This document shows positions 10,648 through 23,920 of a DNA stretch of 64,000 bases, piece after piece. The notes below the pieces were generated by a model. That model had not been told where the DNA came from and did not search any database. It saw only the letters and a program-made list of their open reading frames with translations. Position 1 is the first letter of the stretch. Each line of letters opens with the position of its first letter. The translations under genes and the position numbers were made by a program. Origin of the DNA: Eledone cirrhosa (lineage: Eukaryota); the NCBI GenBank assembly GCA_964016885.1, contig OZ024742.1, positions 71,920,001-71,984,000 of the forward strand, in the 5' to 3' direction.

Positions 10648-13600
10648 CTAATGTATTGGTATGCGATGGGGCCCACCCACAGCCACGGCGGACAGAATGG
10701 AGAAGGCGTTTCCCCGGAGGACAGCAAGGGAGACGTGCTGGAAAAGCCACTCCAACTCGCGGGGCTCACACCTGCGGCTGGCCAGCTCAGCGCCTATGGT
10801 GGTGAGTAAGGAGGTAGCTCTTGGGCCGAGGACACCAGAAGTTTCCACTGCCAGGGGAACGACCACAAACCTGAAATGAACTTTGCTATCTGTTTACTTT
10901 AAAGCTATATAATTTTGTGACAGTATTTTATACTAAATACTTGATATTAGATGTTATCATGCAGTGAATAAGTGATAAATAATAGGTTACCATGGAATTA
11001 CAAGGGTAACAGCTCATGAGCAATGATATCAAAAAGTTTTCAACTGGAACAAACAGGGAAGATTATATATGATATATGATATATATATATCTATAACATC
11101 ATTATTATTTAACATCCTTCTAGCAAGGGTTGGAGGGATCGTTACAAACTGAATCAGTAATTAATGTGGAACTATCGACTTCTCAGAAGGGCCGGAACCT
11201 GCATATCACATACTTTCCTGAGCTTTACCAAGTGCATTTTATTGTGATACGAGCAGTAGGGAGGTTGGCATGTCTTTGACAGCTGAAGAGTGCTCCTGAC
11301 CCTTTGGCAGGTTTTCTATGGCTTGAGGTCTTTCCTATCACCAACACCAGAGATGTTATCATGCCGTTGTCACAACTTTTTTGGCAACGTTTCCACAGAA
11401 AGGTGTCCTCCCCATTGCCAACCACTTTACAGGGTGCTCTGGGTGCATTTTCATGGCAACAGCAATAGAGGTGGTGTGGGTAATTGAGACTTTACTGAAG
11501 AATCCTCTCTACCCCGTTGAGGTGGGGAAGAGTAAGAAGGTGATAAGTATGATTTCATGGGTGTGACAAGTAGGATGCGATTTGACAGGAGGAAAAGGAG
11601 TGACCTTTGATAGTGTGGGGGAGGGATACTCTTATGATAATAGCTATTAAGGGTGATGACTAGTGTGTAAAAAAAAAAAAAATTATACAACAAAAAATGG
11701 GCCGAGAGAGCTTGTTAGCTTTGGTTGGCAGTCTGGGAGAAGGGTTACTCTGATTTCCAAACTGAAGTAGATGGGACTTCTTAGTCACCTTGGTGACAAC
11801 CATCCAAGTAGCCAATGGCTTCATCCTTGTGACGCAGACAGATGAGCTGCAGCTCAGTATCTAGCATCTGAGTAATGGCCAGAAGAGGATTTGGGACACA
11901 CCGATGCCACTTTTTTCCACAATGAGAATTATGGACTTACAGAATCATATAGATAAACATCGGTGCTGTTGTCCATGGTTGCCATCCCTCAGCAATAAGG
12001 ATGGGAAAAGACCAGATCATTAATGTGTGTATTATATATATACACACACACACACTCATACACATCATAATCATCATTTTATGTCCCCTTTCTCCATTTG
12101 CATGGGGTGTGTTGTCATGATCTGAAGCCAGATGGGCTGGAGCAATCAATCTTGCTTTTTACATTCCATATTTGGCTTCATAATGCTAGCCATTGTATAG
12201 AGTATGTAGAGTGCATTTTTCATGATTCTAGCATAAGTGTTTTTTGTGGTACCAGCACTACTACTTTACAGAGTGGAGTGGGTGCATTTTATCATGGTAT
12301 CCATACTAAACCTTTACAGGATGCACTGTGTGCATTTTTTATGGCACAAGCACTAGAGAGGTTGTCACATGCTAAGCCAGACTGGAGAGCCCTCTAAAAC
12401 CCTATATTTTCTCCATTCAGTTCCAATTGTCAAACACTGTAGCCTCTAGTCAGGCAAAGCATTAGGTGCTTGTCATCAACAATCAACAAGATTGAAATTG
12501 CCTGTCCTGTTTTGAATCTTACGCTCAGGATCACAGTGGTTAAGGAGGATTCAGTCCCTTTTCTTGCTTTGAGGCTCAAAAGCAACATCGTTTTCTCAAA
12601 AGTAACATCGTTTTCTGCCCTTTAACAAGCCTCTCTGTTCTCTCCAGTTGCCCACATGCACTGACACCTGGCACCTAGTCAATCATATGAAACGGCTCCA
12701 TGATGAGTCAATTGCAAATTAATTAAGGATGACATTTCTGCTGCAGTGTGTGTGGTAGATTCGAACAGCAAAGTCTTACAGCTCATACTGGAAGTCCTAG
12801 TCGCTCCACCTGAAACATCCTGATATCAGAGACATTTAAGCTTTAGCCAGTCATATCTTCTTAGGATTCAAGTGTCTCCACATAATATACTGTAAACAAG
12901 ATAAACTTTGTATACGGCAGATGCACAAGATCAGCAAGCACTGGTAGCACATATGAAATAGATTCTCCCAATTGCCTGGGATGTTCCATCAAATTTGTTG
13001 ATAGCTTTTGTTACCTAGGTGACCTTACCAGCTGTAGAGAATGCTCTGAAAGTGTGATAGCCAGAGTCAGAATAGGCTAGAAGAAGTTTAGGGAGCTTTT
13101 ACCTCTACTGACAACAAAGGGCTTCTCTTTCAGAGTGAAGGGTATACTATGATGCCTATGTGCAAACTGCAATACCATATGTCAGTGAGACATGGGTCTT
13201 GTCTGCAGAAGATCATTGAAATCCAGAAAGATATGAAGTGAATGTATAATGAATCTTGTAGCATAAGTGAGTTTAAAGAAAAAATTTGTATTAGAGGAAT
13301 CCAGTGTAGTGTACAAGAGAGAAGGCTGCAATGGTATGGTCATGTGATGTGTATGGAAAATGACAACTGCATAAAAGAGTACAGAGAAATTGCAGTGGAT
13401 GGGACGCCTGGAAATAATAGACCTAGGAAGACATTGAGCCTCACCAAGGTTCTTTCATTGTCCGGAATTACCTGTCAATCCCTAAGTTATTGTATTTCCT
13501 TAGAGTTAGTCCCTCTATCAAATTCTTGACATCTCTCCAATGCTTCAACAATCTAATATTCAGTGAGCTCAAGGGTTTGGTCAATCTCCAACTCTCTCCA

Positions 13601-14620
13601 GAATCCCGCGACCAAGCTGCCTTACCCAAACAGTTTGGAGGTCTCAGTTTGTGTAAATGTACTTCATTGTCCCTACCTTGCTTTCTTTCCTCCATCCATG
13701 CCTGCTCCCCTTTGGTAGGTGACATCCTCTCCTGTAGTGAAATCTGTCCACGCCTTGAACCTTGGGTGACACCTAAAAGTCAAATTCTAGGTCACCATCC
13801 TTTTCGGTGTGGACAGGTTCATGTGTGGGTGATCCCTCGAGGCAGGGAGACAGAAAGCGACAGGTATATAAAGCCTATATTTTCCCATGTTTTACACACA
13901 GGAGATCAGAGCTGTACTCTATAGACAAGCTATGTAAAGATTCACTGCTATATACAGGCCGCAGAGGTCTACAGACAACCACAGACCATTACTCTCCCTC
14001 TCTCCTGGTCTCCGACTACACCAGCCTCATGAACCAACAACAACATAACATTGTCAACCTTCGCAACTCGTGGTAACTTGTTTATTGTTCTTTTTGACTG
14101 AAGTGAAGTAAACCTTTTTATATATAAAGTAATTCAGCCATTCTTGTTATTTCATCTAACAATTTTTACTAAATACCCTTCCAAGTTAGGAAGGAGTTAA
14201 ACTCCTTCCTAACTTGGAATAGTTCTACCAGGGAGTTGGATGAAGCTTTACTACAGTGATGAGAGCTGGGTTTGTCAATCCCAGTTACTGATGAGGATGG
14301 ACGGAAGCAGAGAGTATGGGACAATCTGTGTTCAAGGGAAACTTTCAACTCTCTCTTTGATCTTTCTGATCAATTTTCTAGGTGCCTCTTACTTTCTGCT
14401 AGCGCAAAGTTCTCGAGACTTTTGACGGAGTTGGGCCACTGACAGCGAAGTTCTTGCCTTCACTGGCGGCTCACCTTACTGAGGTTTCAGGTGACGCCTG
14501 TGAAGCCTCGCAATCACCCGTGGTAATGCTGCGAGCGTGTTGACTTGCCTGAAAGTGTACAGTTAACCCCCAGGGTGTGTGGTGTTGCCGATTGTCACAC
14601 TTGGGAGTGAATTGCTCTCC
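10648..14620. mobile_element. Scrambled fragments of CRE-type (restriction-like endonuclease) non-LTR elements, interleaved with other repeats
   Basis: VPLAVETSGVLGP..FQHVSLAVLRGNA (10648-10866, minus); QAALPKQFGGL..LPCFLSS (about 13600, plus); KQRVWDNL (about 14310, plus); AITRGNAASVL (about 14510, plus). Confidence 0.7.
13020..13435 (+). mobile_element. RTE LINE 3' fragment
   Basis: SVIARVRIG*KKFRELLPLLTTKGFS and VQERRLQWYGHVMCM..GNNRPRKT. Confidence 0.75.
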
Positions 14621-14799
14621 CCATCTTTTTTCCTTCTTTTTCTTTCCTTTATCATTTTTGTTCCCGAATTTATATTATTGTGTTATTATACACGGTTTAG
14701 ACATATTTGTCCTTCTGAACGAATTGCGAGCAATTTTTGATTTTATTTATGCATTTGTTATGTTATTTATGTATATATTTAAAACATATTTGCGACATT

Positions 14800-14807
14800 A
14801 TATACAT

Positions 14808-14848
<41 letters not shown>

Positions 14849-14875
14849 CAAACACACACACATATATATATACAA

Positions 14876-14909
<34 letters not shown>

Positions 14910-15242
14910 GCTGAAGACAGCATATATATTTGTAGGTATGTATATTCCCTCTGATAGTTTGTAAAATTTTTACATAGATCTATATGATATACATACCAAC
15001 ACACACATATATATCCTAGAAACGATCGTAAAATGATGAATTTTTTAATATAAGGAACTGTTTCTTTGTTTTTATTCATTGTTTTTATTAATTTATCTTG
15101 ACTCTGTTTTCCTGTGATTTTCATAGAAAAAATTTTTGAATACATCTCTTTTCATGATATTTGGATTACATTGAGTTCTTGATACGGATTGGACACTACC
15201 GTATATTTTGGTAGATTTATCTACACACACACACACACACAC

Positions 15243-15292
<50 letters not shown>

Positions 15293-15335
15293 TTATATAT
15301 ATATATACATACACACATATATATATACATACAGA

Positions 15336-15370
<35 letters not shown>

Positions 15371-15410
15371 GAATGTATATGTACATATATATATATGTAC
15401 ATATACATTG
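14800..15410. repeat. (TA)n/(CA)n microsatellite blocks
   Basis: Visible at 14800-14910 and 15222-15405. Confidence 0.95.
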
Positions 15411-15672
15411 TGTGTCGAAACAGTGGCTAAAGATATTATGACAAGATACGAATATCCGGCTAAAGATGTGAAGTTACATTATACGTTGATGTGGAAGAAT
15501 AAAGTTGATTTAAGATTTGAAAACCTCATTGTAACAACCAGATAATTTCATAAAAACACACATCTATCATTCACCGTTTACACGTGAACACGGTAAGCTG
15601 ACAAATATTTATTTTAAGTCTGTAATAATGTGTGTAAATAATTACTTTCTTTATTAAATAACAGAATTATGT

Positions 15673-15943
15673 TGGAAGAGGTTATGTACCCGGCAAGAAT
15701 CTCAGACACCATGAGTTGCGGCTCGAGTTAAGACAATTTGAAATCTTTTCCACCATCAATTGTTAAAAAATAAGTTAAAATCATTTAGTCGTCCGTCCGT
15801 GACGTACGTTACGCTTTAGTTACATACACACACATCTATACGTAAATACACAAACAGATACAGACTACAGAAGGAAGGGGCTGGTGAAACGCTATAGCGA
15901 TGTGTTGCGTCCCTATAGGGTTTACCGGCTACATAGCCTATTC
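15673..15943. mobile_element. Unclassified ~270-bp insertion specific to paralog 2
   Basis: Interrupts GAATTATGTT|..CACTT that is contiguous at about 3100-3116; contains GTCCGTCCGT and a small terminal hairpin GGCT-ACAT-AGCC. Confidence 0.4.
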
Positions 15944-16679
15944 GAATTAAATGTTTCACTTGGAAGTGAGAACAACATTGGGGAAAATACAGCTTGTCGT
16001 CTTTACTTTTGTCTAAAGGATAATACTTCGGAACTGAAATGTTGAGATGTTATTTTTTGACAATCCAAGGTCGACTATTACATACAATATAAAATAAACT
16101 CTAGATTTGGTGAACATCACATTATTGAACCTTTTTGCGTTGCTAATCAGATAACGATATTCTATTCTCCACCACAGTCTGAGATCGGGGATTAAACAGA
16201 TTTAAACAGTAATAAGACAAATCAAGAAGACTATTCTAACGATCCTAATAATAGTCATGTGTATATTTTGTAATTACCATAATACAGTCATGGTCGGCAT
16301 CATGGAATGTCAAAGAAGTGTAGGTGATGTGAGAACTACAGTTTGGTTGACAACTGGTCTATATTAAGAATATCCAAAATAGTTAATAAGTTTTCATAGC
16401 AAAATACTTGAAAGTGTTTACCAGTCTATTGTTACAAGTTCATTAAGAGAACTGTAACTTTGTATTAGATATCTATATTACAATACCTCGTAGCTTAGCG
16501 AATGGTCTCGAATAAATATTTGTTTAAATATGTTTAATCACTTATTTCAGACAATGTAGTTGTGATTAGAATTGATATGCATATCTTACTAGCAACATTA
16601 AAAGCTTTCATTTTTGTGTTCTTTCATTCCAAGAATACTATCATGGTGCGATATTTCAACATTATAATCTAACAAAATA

Positions 16680-16866
16680 GGGGGGTGGATTGACAGTATC
16701 GGTAGAGGGTCGGACGCCATGCTTTTCAGCAAATAGTTACAGCCCTTTATGGTCTTGAGTTCAAATCCCGCCGAGGTTAACTTTGCCTTTCATCCTTACA
16801 GGGTCGATAAAATAAAGTACCAGTAATACACTGGGATAATTGTTGGCCTTGTGCCAAAAGTAGAAA
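16680..16866 (+). mobile_element. tRNA-derived SINE with conserved central domain (Meta-domain-like)
   Basis: B-box GAGTTCAAATCC; GCCTTTCATCCTT..GGGTCGATAAAATAAAGTACCAG; 19-bp TSD ATTATAATCTAACAAAATA at 16661-16679 and 16867-16885. Confidence 0.85.
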
Positions 16867-17494
16867 ATTATAATCTAACAAAATACTTGGTAATTACACA
16901 GTTCTTTCTGAATATCTCGGACTATGATGACTATATCAGTATGGAAAGTTAATGTAACATAGTATTAATCCCAAGAAATACACGGTATTATACTTCTTAC
17001 AGAATGAAAATATGACATGGTATGAACACGTCATTTATATTTCAGTATACAAACTAACAAAATATTTGGTATATATATATACAGCACTTTCTGAATATCT
17101 TGGAATGTGATGGCTATGTCAGCATAGAAAGTTAATGTAAAATTTTGTAGTAATTCTTCACATATATATTCACAGACCCCCATCTCCTCTATAGTGCTGT
17201 ATGCATTATCACCTGACCATATTCTACTTCCAACATGTTTTAGCCTGTAAATATATCGATGTTTATTTATTTTCCTGTTTAAATTTAACCATGGAACCCA
17301 ATACGTATTATTAGTTCTATATATGACAGACTTCTTCACAGTTTCTGTCACCAAACTATACTTGTAAGATATATTTGACTTCAACATTTTGTCTTTATGT
17401 CCAGCTACAACAGCTACCATGTAAAGAAGCTACAGTATTAAACAACAATTGCAAGGTAACAAATGATAGAAACCAAGATATGTTTAACAATTCA

Positions 17495-18360
17495 ATCATC
17501 ATTATCAATGTATGTCCGCTTTCCATACTGGCATGGGTTGGGCTGGTTATCATGATCTCTGAGCAGACAGGCTGGAGTGACCCCATCTTGCTACTACATT
17601 CCATAATTGGCATGGTTTCTTCAGTTAGATACCCATCCTCTTTTTCTTTTCCTCTTTTTTTGTGTGGCAGCAACACTAGCATTTTACAGAATGTGCTGGG
17701 TGCAATTTTTCATGGGAACCAGCACCCCCATTTTACAGAGTATACTAGGTGCTTTTTTGGTGACACTAACACTGTACTGGGGGAAGTTTATCATAGCACC
17801 AGAATCAGAGAGGTTGTCACATGTTCATCCAGACTGAAGTGTCCTCAAACCCAATATTGTTTCAGTTGGACCACCAACACTAGCCTGAGGTCTCTCATCA
17901 TGTTTACTTCTAATGTTGCAGTGCTTATACCGATGAACAAGTACTTTGTATTATGGGATATTGCCAGTGAGCTTGGTCTTGTGTCGTCTCCTTTGTGAGG
18001 TTCAGTTTCTTGAGGCCATTCTTTGCAATTTCATGCCGTGTTTTCCTTAGTCTCACTCTTTCACAAGTTCCCATTTAAAGCCCTTAGCACTTTTTAATCT
18101 CTCTCACTCCTTGTTCATCACATTATCATACCAGTGCAATTGTCTCTCTTGTATGCTACATTCAATCCCTCAGCTTGCTCATGTTCTGTTGTAAATGTAC
18201 ACTAACACTACACATCCAGCCAAGCATGCATTCATTTCTTTTTAACTGTCACAAATAGCTGCACTCAAGGCTTGTGTTTCAGGACCATGCAGCATAATAG
18301 TTTTGAGCACTAGCATTATATAATCTGCCTTTCACTCAGAGAGGGAAGGATTTTTGTTCC
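17495..18360 (-). mobile_element. Degenerate SINE tail plus RTE LINE 3' fragment
   Basis: CATCATTAT..GTCCGCTTTCCATACTGGCATGGGTTGG SINE tail; reverse-strand RTE C-terminal coding relic at about 18000-18360. Confidence 0.55.
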
Positions 18361-18953
18361 CATCTTTTTCCAATGTATGGGACCCCAGGATTGCAGTATC
18401 CAACATATTCTTTTTAGCATGTCAATCAACCACTGAGATGCTTAATCATTGTCACAAAAGTTAAATTGTTTAGGCATGAGTTTATATTTACAGTTTATCA
18501 ATATAAAACTGTAGTAAGATTCCCTTTTGAATCTCAACTTTTAAATATCCACTTACATCTTATACTGTTTCTTTTATATTTCAGAATATCAGATGACATT
18601 GACATAAAATAATGTTTATATTAACTGCACCATCAATATTTATCATCTTTTAAAGACTAAAAGAAGGAGCTATACACAATATATTCCTGTTTCTATAAAT
18701 CTGTGTTAGAATTATTATGAAATATATCCTCTGAACTGAGATTAATAGCAACATTTCTATATTTCACTATCTGGAATATGTACAAAATGATTTTTCATTC
18801 TTATTTATCTTGAACATATAAAGGAATTTACAGAATCTTCAGATATTGACAAAGATAACAGTTGATGGAAATAAATATAGCTGTAGAAATATTTGTTTGG
18901 AATAAAATATACAAAGAAAAACATCTGTATATTGTGTTGAGTGAAGTAAAATT

Positions 18954-20390
18954 ATGGAAAATGAATTATGTGAGAACCAGGTTAAATTTGAAACAGACTC
19001 TAAAATGATTGATTTGTCTGATATAAAGAAGGAGGAAGGAGTAACAACATATGACTGTGATATTTGTAAAAAATCATTCTCTCTAAAAAGTAGCCTCATT
19101 CCTCACAAATGTGTTCGTTTAGGTAGTAAGCAATATCCCTGTGATATCTGTGGTAAATCATTCTCTTATAAAAGTCACTTAACTAGACACAAACGTATTC
19201 ATACAGGAGAGAAACCATATCACTGTGACACCTGTGGTAAATCATTCACAGTTAATAGTGATTTAACTAAACACAAACGTATTCATACAGGTGAGAAGCC
19301 ATATCACTGTGATGTCTGTGGCAAATCATTCTCTACTAAAGATCAGGTAACTAAACATAAACGTACTCATGCAGGAGAGAAAGCATATCATTGTGATATC
19401 TGTGGTAAGTCATTCTCTGGAAAAGTTCACTTAAATATACACAAACGCATTCATACAGGAGAGAAGCCATATCGCTGTGATGTCTGTGGTAAAGCTTTCT
19501 CTAGAAATGATGAATTAACTAAACACATACGTATTCATACTGGAGAGAAGCCATATCACTGTGATGTCTGTGATAAATCCTTCTCTACCAACGATCAGTT
19601 AACTAAACACATACGTATTCATACAGGAGAGAAGCCATATCACTGTGACATCTGTGGTAAATCATTTGCTTTAAATGATCACTTAAATAGACACAAGCGC
19701 ATTCATACTGGAGAGAGGCCATATCACTGTGGTGTCTGTTGTAAATCATTCACCGAAGGGGGTGCTTTAAGTAAACACAAGCGTATTCATACAGGAGAAA
19801 AACCATATCATTGTGATGCCTGTGGTAAATCATTCTCTAGAAATGATCAATTAAAAAAACATATATATATTCATACAGGATTGAAGCCATATCAATGTGA
19901 TATCTGTGGTAAATCATTCTCTTTAAACGACCAGTTAACTAAACATAAACGCATTCATACAGGAGAGAAGCCATATCCTTGTGGTGCCTGTGGTAAATCA
20001 TTTTCTAGAAATGATCAATTAAAAAAACACATATATATTCATACAGGATTGAAGCCATATCACTGTGATAACTGTAGTAAGTCGTTCTCTAGAAGAGATC
20101 ATTTAACTAAACATAAACTTATTCATACGGGAGAGAAACCATATCACTGTGATGTCTGTGGTAAATCATTCACTGCAAGTAGTGATTTAACTAAACACAA
20201 ACATATTCATACAGGAGAGAAGCCACATCATTGTGATGTCTGTGGTAAATCCTTCTCTAGAAATGATGAATTAACAAAACACAAACGTGTTCATACTGGA
20301 GAGAAGCCATATCATTGTGACATCTGTGGTAAATCATTCTCTCAAAAAACTAACTTAAATCGACATATATGCAATCATACAGAAGAATAA
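18954..20390 (+). CDS. Tandem C2H2 zinc-finger protein, 478 aa, 16 finger units
   Basis: Intact ORF with TGEKPY linkers; paralog of 6243-7331 with homologous 5' and 3' flanks; fingers 10 and 12 are near-identical. Confidence 0.93.
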   Translation: MENELCENQVKFETDSKMIDLSDIKKEEGVTTYDCDICKKSFSLKSSLIPHKCVRLGSKQYPCDICGKSFSYKSHLTRHKRIHTGEKPYHCDTCGKSFTVNSDLTKHKRIHTGEKPYHCDVCGKSFSTKDQVTKHKRTHAGEKAYHCDICGKSFSGKVHLNIHKRIHTGEKPYRCDVCGKAFSRNDELTKHIRIHTGEKPYHCDVCDKSFSTNDQLTKHIRIHTGEKPYHCDICGKSFALNDHLNRHKRIHTGERPYHCGVCCKSFTEGGALSKHKRIHTGEKPYHCDACGKSFSRNDQLKKHIYIHTGLKPYQCDICGKSFSLNDQLTKHKRIHTGEKPYPCGACGKSFSRNDQLKKHIYIHTGLKPYHCDNCSKSFSRRDHLTKHKLIHTGEKPYHCDVCGKSFTASSDLTKHKHIHTGEKPHHCDVCGKSFSRNDELTKHKRVHTGEKPYHCDICGKSFSQKTNLNRHICNHTEE

Positions 20391-20889
20391 CTCTACCAGT
20401 GTCAAATTCTGCTCATGGTAATTAGTGCACAGCAAACGTAATATATATTTTTTTATTGATCAAATAAAATTTTTCTCTGTAATTATTTGTTTATGTAATA
20501 ATTTTATTAATATTGATACTTTCCCATGATGTAATTTAGTAATTTTATTAACATGCAACAAACATACTCCTCATTGGAAAAGTATCAATATTTATATACA
20601 TTTATGTTGATACTTTTTGTGTGTGGGGTTAAACAAACTCCTTGAAGAGTTCATGAAATATATTGGTGAGATAACCTATCTCTGTTATTAATATAAACTT
20701 TGAGAATATTCATATATATATTAGCTAACAAGACCCACCTTCCCATAAGCACAGGCTAAAGCATACACATAGTATGCACAACCTTCACCTTCATCCCAAC
20801 TTCCATTCACCTCCTACATCCTAACACTCCACCCTCACACATGCTCATATACCCACCTTCCCAATCCCCATACACCTCTTCCACCAAAG

Positions 20890-21155
20890 TCCCCAGCCCA
20901 TACTGTAAAGTAGTCGTGATGGTGACATGACAAAATGTGCCCAACCAACACTAAAGTGGTCGTGTAGGTGTCACAACAGAAAGCACCCAACACAATGTAA
21001 ATGTGGTTGGCATCCAGCTGTAAAAATCAAGCCCAAGTCAGTTCTATATGAGCAGGACGTGGTCACCTGACCTGTCTTACAACAGGACAACTCGTCTAAC
21101 TCATGCTAGCATAGAAAAATGGACGTTAAGTGGTGGTGATGATGATGATGATGAT
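20890..21155 (+). mobile_element. SINE 3' half (RTE tail family)
   Basis: GGCATCCAGCTGTAAAA..ATGGACGTTAAG followed by (GAT)n. Confidence 0.75.
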
Positions 21156-21584
21156 ATTTCTATAAAGTAGAAAAAAGTATTAACATTTGACATTGTGGGT
21201 AAAGAATATTTGAGAAATTTATTTTTATGAAGCAAAGATAACATCACTACATTAGTTAAACCATATAATATTTCATCATAATAATAGGAAATATTTTATT
21301 TTTATCTTTATTTCTGTCTTTAACATGAATTTTTATTTATTCGTATCCTGTTTGGGTCTGACAACTTGCATTCTTGAATCCCTTAGAGAATCAACTTAAC
21401 CAGAGTTGGCTGCCAGGATTTAAATATATAAGAACATCTTTTTGTTCTTGATTCTTTATTAATTGCTTTCTGTTTTATTTTCATTTTTATTTCTATATTT
21501 GTTTTATTATGTATTTTAGGTTTTACTTTATCATTCTTCATGTTTTACTTATAAATTCTTATCTTTATATGTGTTCATATATAA

Positions 21585-23580
21585 TCATCACCGTTTATGT
21601 CCATTCTTCCACGCTAGCATGGGTTAGACGGGTGCCTTTTACCGCCTACATGATCACTCTACTGTGTGGACTGGGTGCTTTTTTTGTCGTGACACCTACA
21701 CGACCACTTTACAGCGGGAGGGGTGGAGGCATACTGTCTATATGCGTCAGCTTTGGCTTGTACCCTTGGGAAGTCGGGTCTTCTGTATTACTGTGTAACA
21801 CCAGAGGTCTCAGTCCTGTGTCATCACCTTTGAGAGGTGTAAGTGGGCAAGATCAGCTTTTATCACCTCATCCCAGGTCTCCTTGGGTCTCCCCACTCCA
21901 AGGCTTCCATCGACTTTTAGCATTCTACACTTTTTTATGCATCATGTCCACACCAACGTAATCTCCTATCTTGCACACAGCATTTGATTCCTCTTATGCC
22001 TAGTCTCTCTTAATTCTTTTATGCTTTGCCATTCATGTATATTACTATTATATATATATATACCAAATTACTATTTTGAGAATTTGGTTGGTGTAAACTG
22101 TCATTAAAATCGAGTGTTGCGGCGCGCTGCCGATAGCGGTTTTTAGACACACCGGACCAATGAAACATTTGTTAATACAAATGGAATAAACCCTACTGTA
22201 TAGCCGATTCATGTTATTCTTCACTCCTTTATTATATAAATATATATACTTATCTGTAAAAGTGTGTTGAAACAAATATACTTTGGAAGGGTCATGCTGC
22301 CAATAAAATATGTACTTCAACTTATAAATTTCCAGTTCGTTCGTAAATAACCAAATGGTTGTTTATTTATTGTGACTTCCTCAGTGAATAATTTGTTGTT
22401 TTGTGTCTCTCCTTTGTTCTATCCTACAAGTGAGACAAAATAACAAATTAGAATGATTCCTCTTATATTCAGTTTTTCTCTCAGTCCATCCAAGCATATT
22501 AATGTCACACATTCATCAGAGCATGCATTTCATTTCTCTTCAGCCTCCACATTTACTGCCCATGTTTCATTTCTTGCAACATTACATTTCACATGCAGTC
22601 AGCCTTTTGTTCATAGAGAGAAACCATTTGTTATCAACAGAAGCCGTTGTTCTCTGAACTTTTTCCATCCTGTTCAAATTCTAACTTCTATAGTTTCAGG
22701 GCACGTTTTACACTGCTAATTCAGTTACATACATAACAGAAGCTACCAACTACATCTATGAAGCTTTCCCAGGATTTAAGAAAGTTTACTACACTTGGAC
22801 TCATACTACTAGCTATCCTTGTGCATCTCCCACATATAAAGTGTACTTTTTGTTAGTTTGCCCACAATCTCATTACATCTCGTGTTTTCATGTTTTACAT
22901 TGTATAGAGTTCCTACTTACTTCTTTTCTACATATTGAGCATGGCCACTACCCTCATGGTACCATTCCTACTTATTAAAACTTTGGTCTCTTCTGAGTTT
23001 AATCTGAGGCTGTTTGATTTTAAGTTGTTTGCACGGTAAGAATTTCTTCTCTCTAGCTTTTCTACAAATTCAGCAATAAGAACAAGGTTGGCAGCATATA
23101 GAAGTTCCCATTGACTTCCAATTTTATATTCCTGTTATGGCCTAGAGAACTATATATAATAAACAAGAGTTGGTTGAGGACGAAACCTTAAAGAACACCT
23201 CTCTGCACATTGAATTTCTCATTAACTCATAACCTATTCTGACTTTGCTAATTGCATGTGTACATGGCTTGCACTGTTCCCACAAACCACTCATCTACTC
23301 CCAATTTCCTTATAGACAACAGCTGTTAAACTCTGTCAAACTCCTTTTCCAGGTCAATGAAACCTAAATATAATAGCTTATACTTGGCTAGGAATTTCTC
23401 TTATAGCTGTCTCACTAATATGAGAGTTTCTGTAGTGCACCTTCCTGGCACAAAATCAAACTACATCTGTTTTAATTTGACTCTTTTCCTAATTAGTCCT
23501 GCTATCAGTCTCTCCATCACTTTCTTCACTTGCTTTATCAGTTTTATGCCTCTGTAGTTGCACATTTCTACAGCAAACTG
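21585..23580 (-). mobile_element. Nested SINE/RTE relics with an inserted Penelope-pLTR-like fragment (about 22230-22440)
   Basis: SINE tail at 21585; reverse-strand RTE RT motifs (WELLYAANL, FIDLEKEFDRV); 22250-22430 is homologous to the arms and loop at 32520-33016. Confidence 0.6.
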
Positions 23581-23740
23581 TCAGTGCTAGTATTAAAAAA
23601 TGCTTACAGTACATGTAAAGGGTGTCCAACCAGAGAAACCATGCCAAACTGGAACATATGAATTGGATGTGGTCAATGACCCGTCTACTCTTAGATCACA
23701 ACTTGTGAAATCCATGCCATGAATGTAAGACGGTAATAAT

Positions 23741-23920
23741 TATTTCTACTTTTTGGCACAAGGCCAGCAATTACCCAGTGCATTACTGTACTTTATTTTA
23801 TCGATCCCCGAAGGATGAAAGGCAAAGTTAACCTCGGCAGGATTTGAACTCAGAAGAGCCGTAACTATGCGTCAAAGCATGGTGTCCGACCCTCTACCAA
23901 TACTGCCAATCCACCGCCAT
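23741..23920 (-). mobile_element. tRNA-derived SINE, same family as 16680
   Basis: Reverse complement of the 16680 element; 17-bp TSD TGTAAGACGGTAATAAT at 23724-23740 and 23921-23937. Confidence 0.88.

Noticed and set aside
13822-14183. Solo LTR
   Set aside because: TG..CA ends and a TATA-like word are possible, but I found no convincing TSD or second copy
14577-15545. YI/HT/CV-rich ORFs here and at 33086-34517 and 57482-57766
   Set aside because: Translations of (TA)n/(CA)n microsatellites
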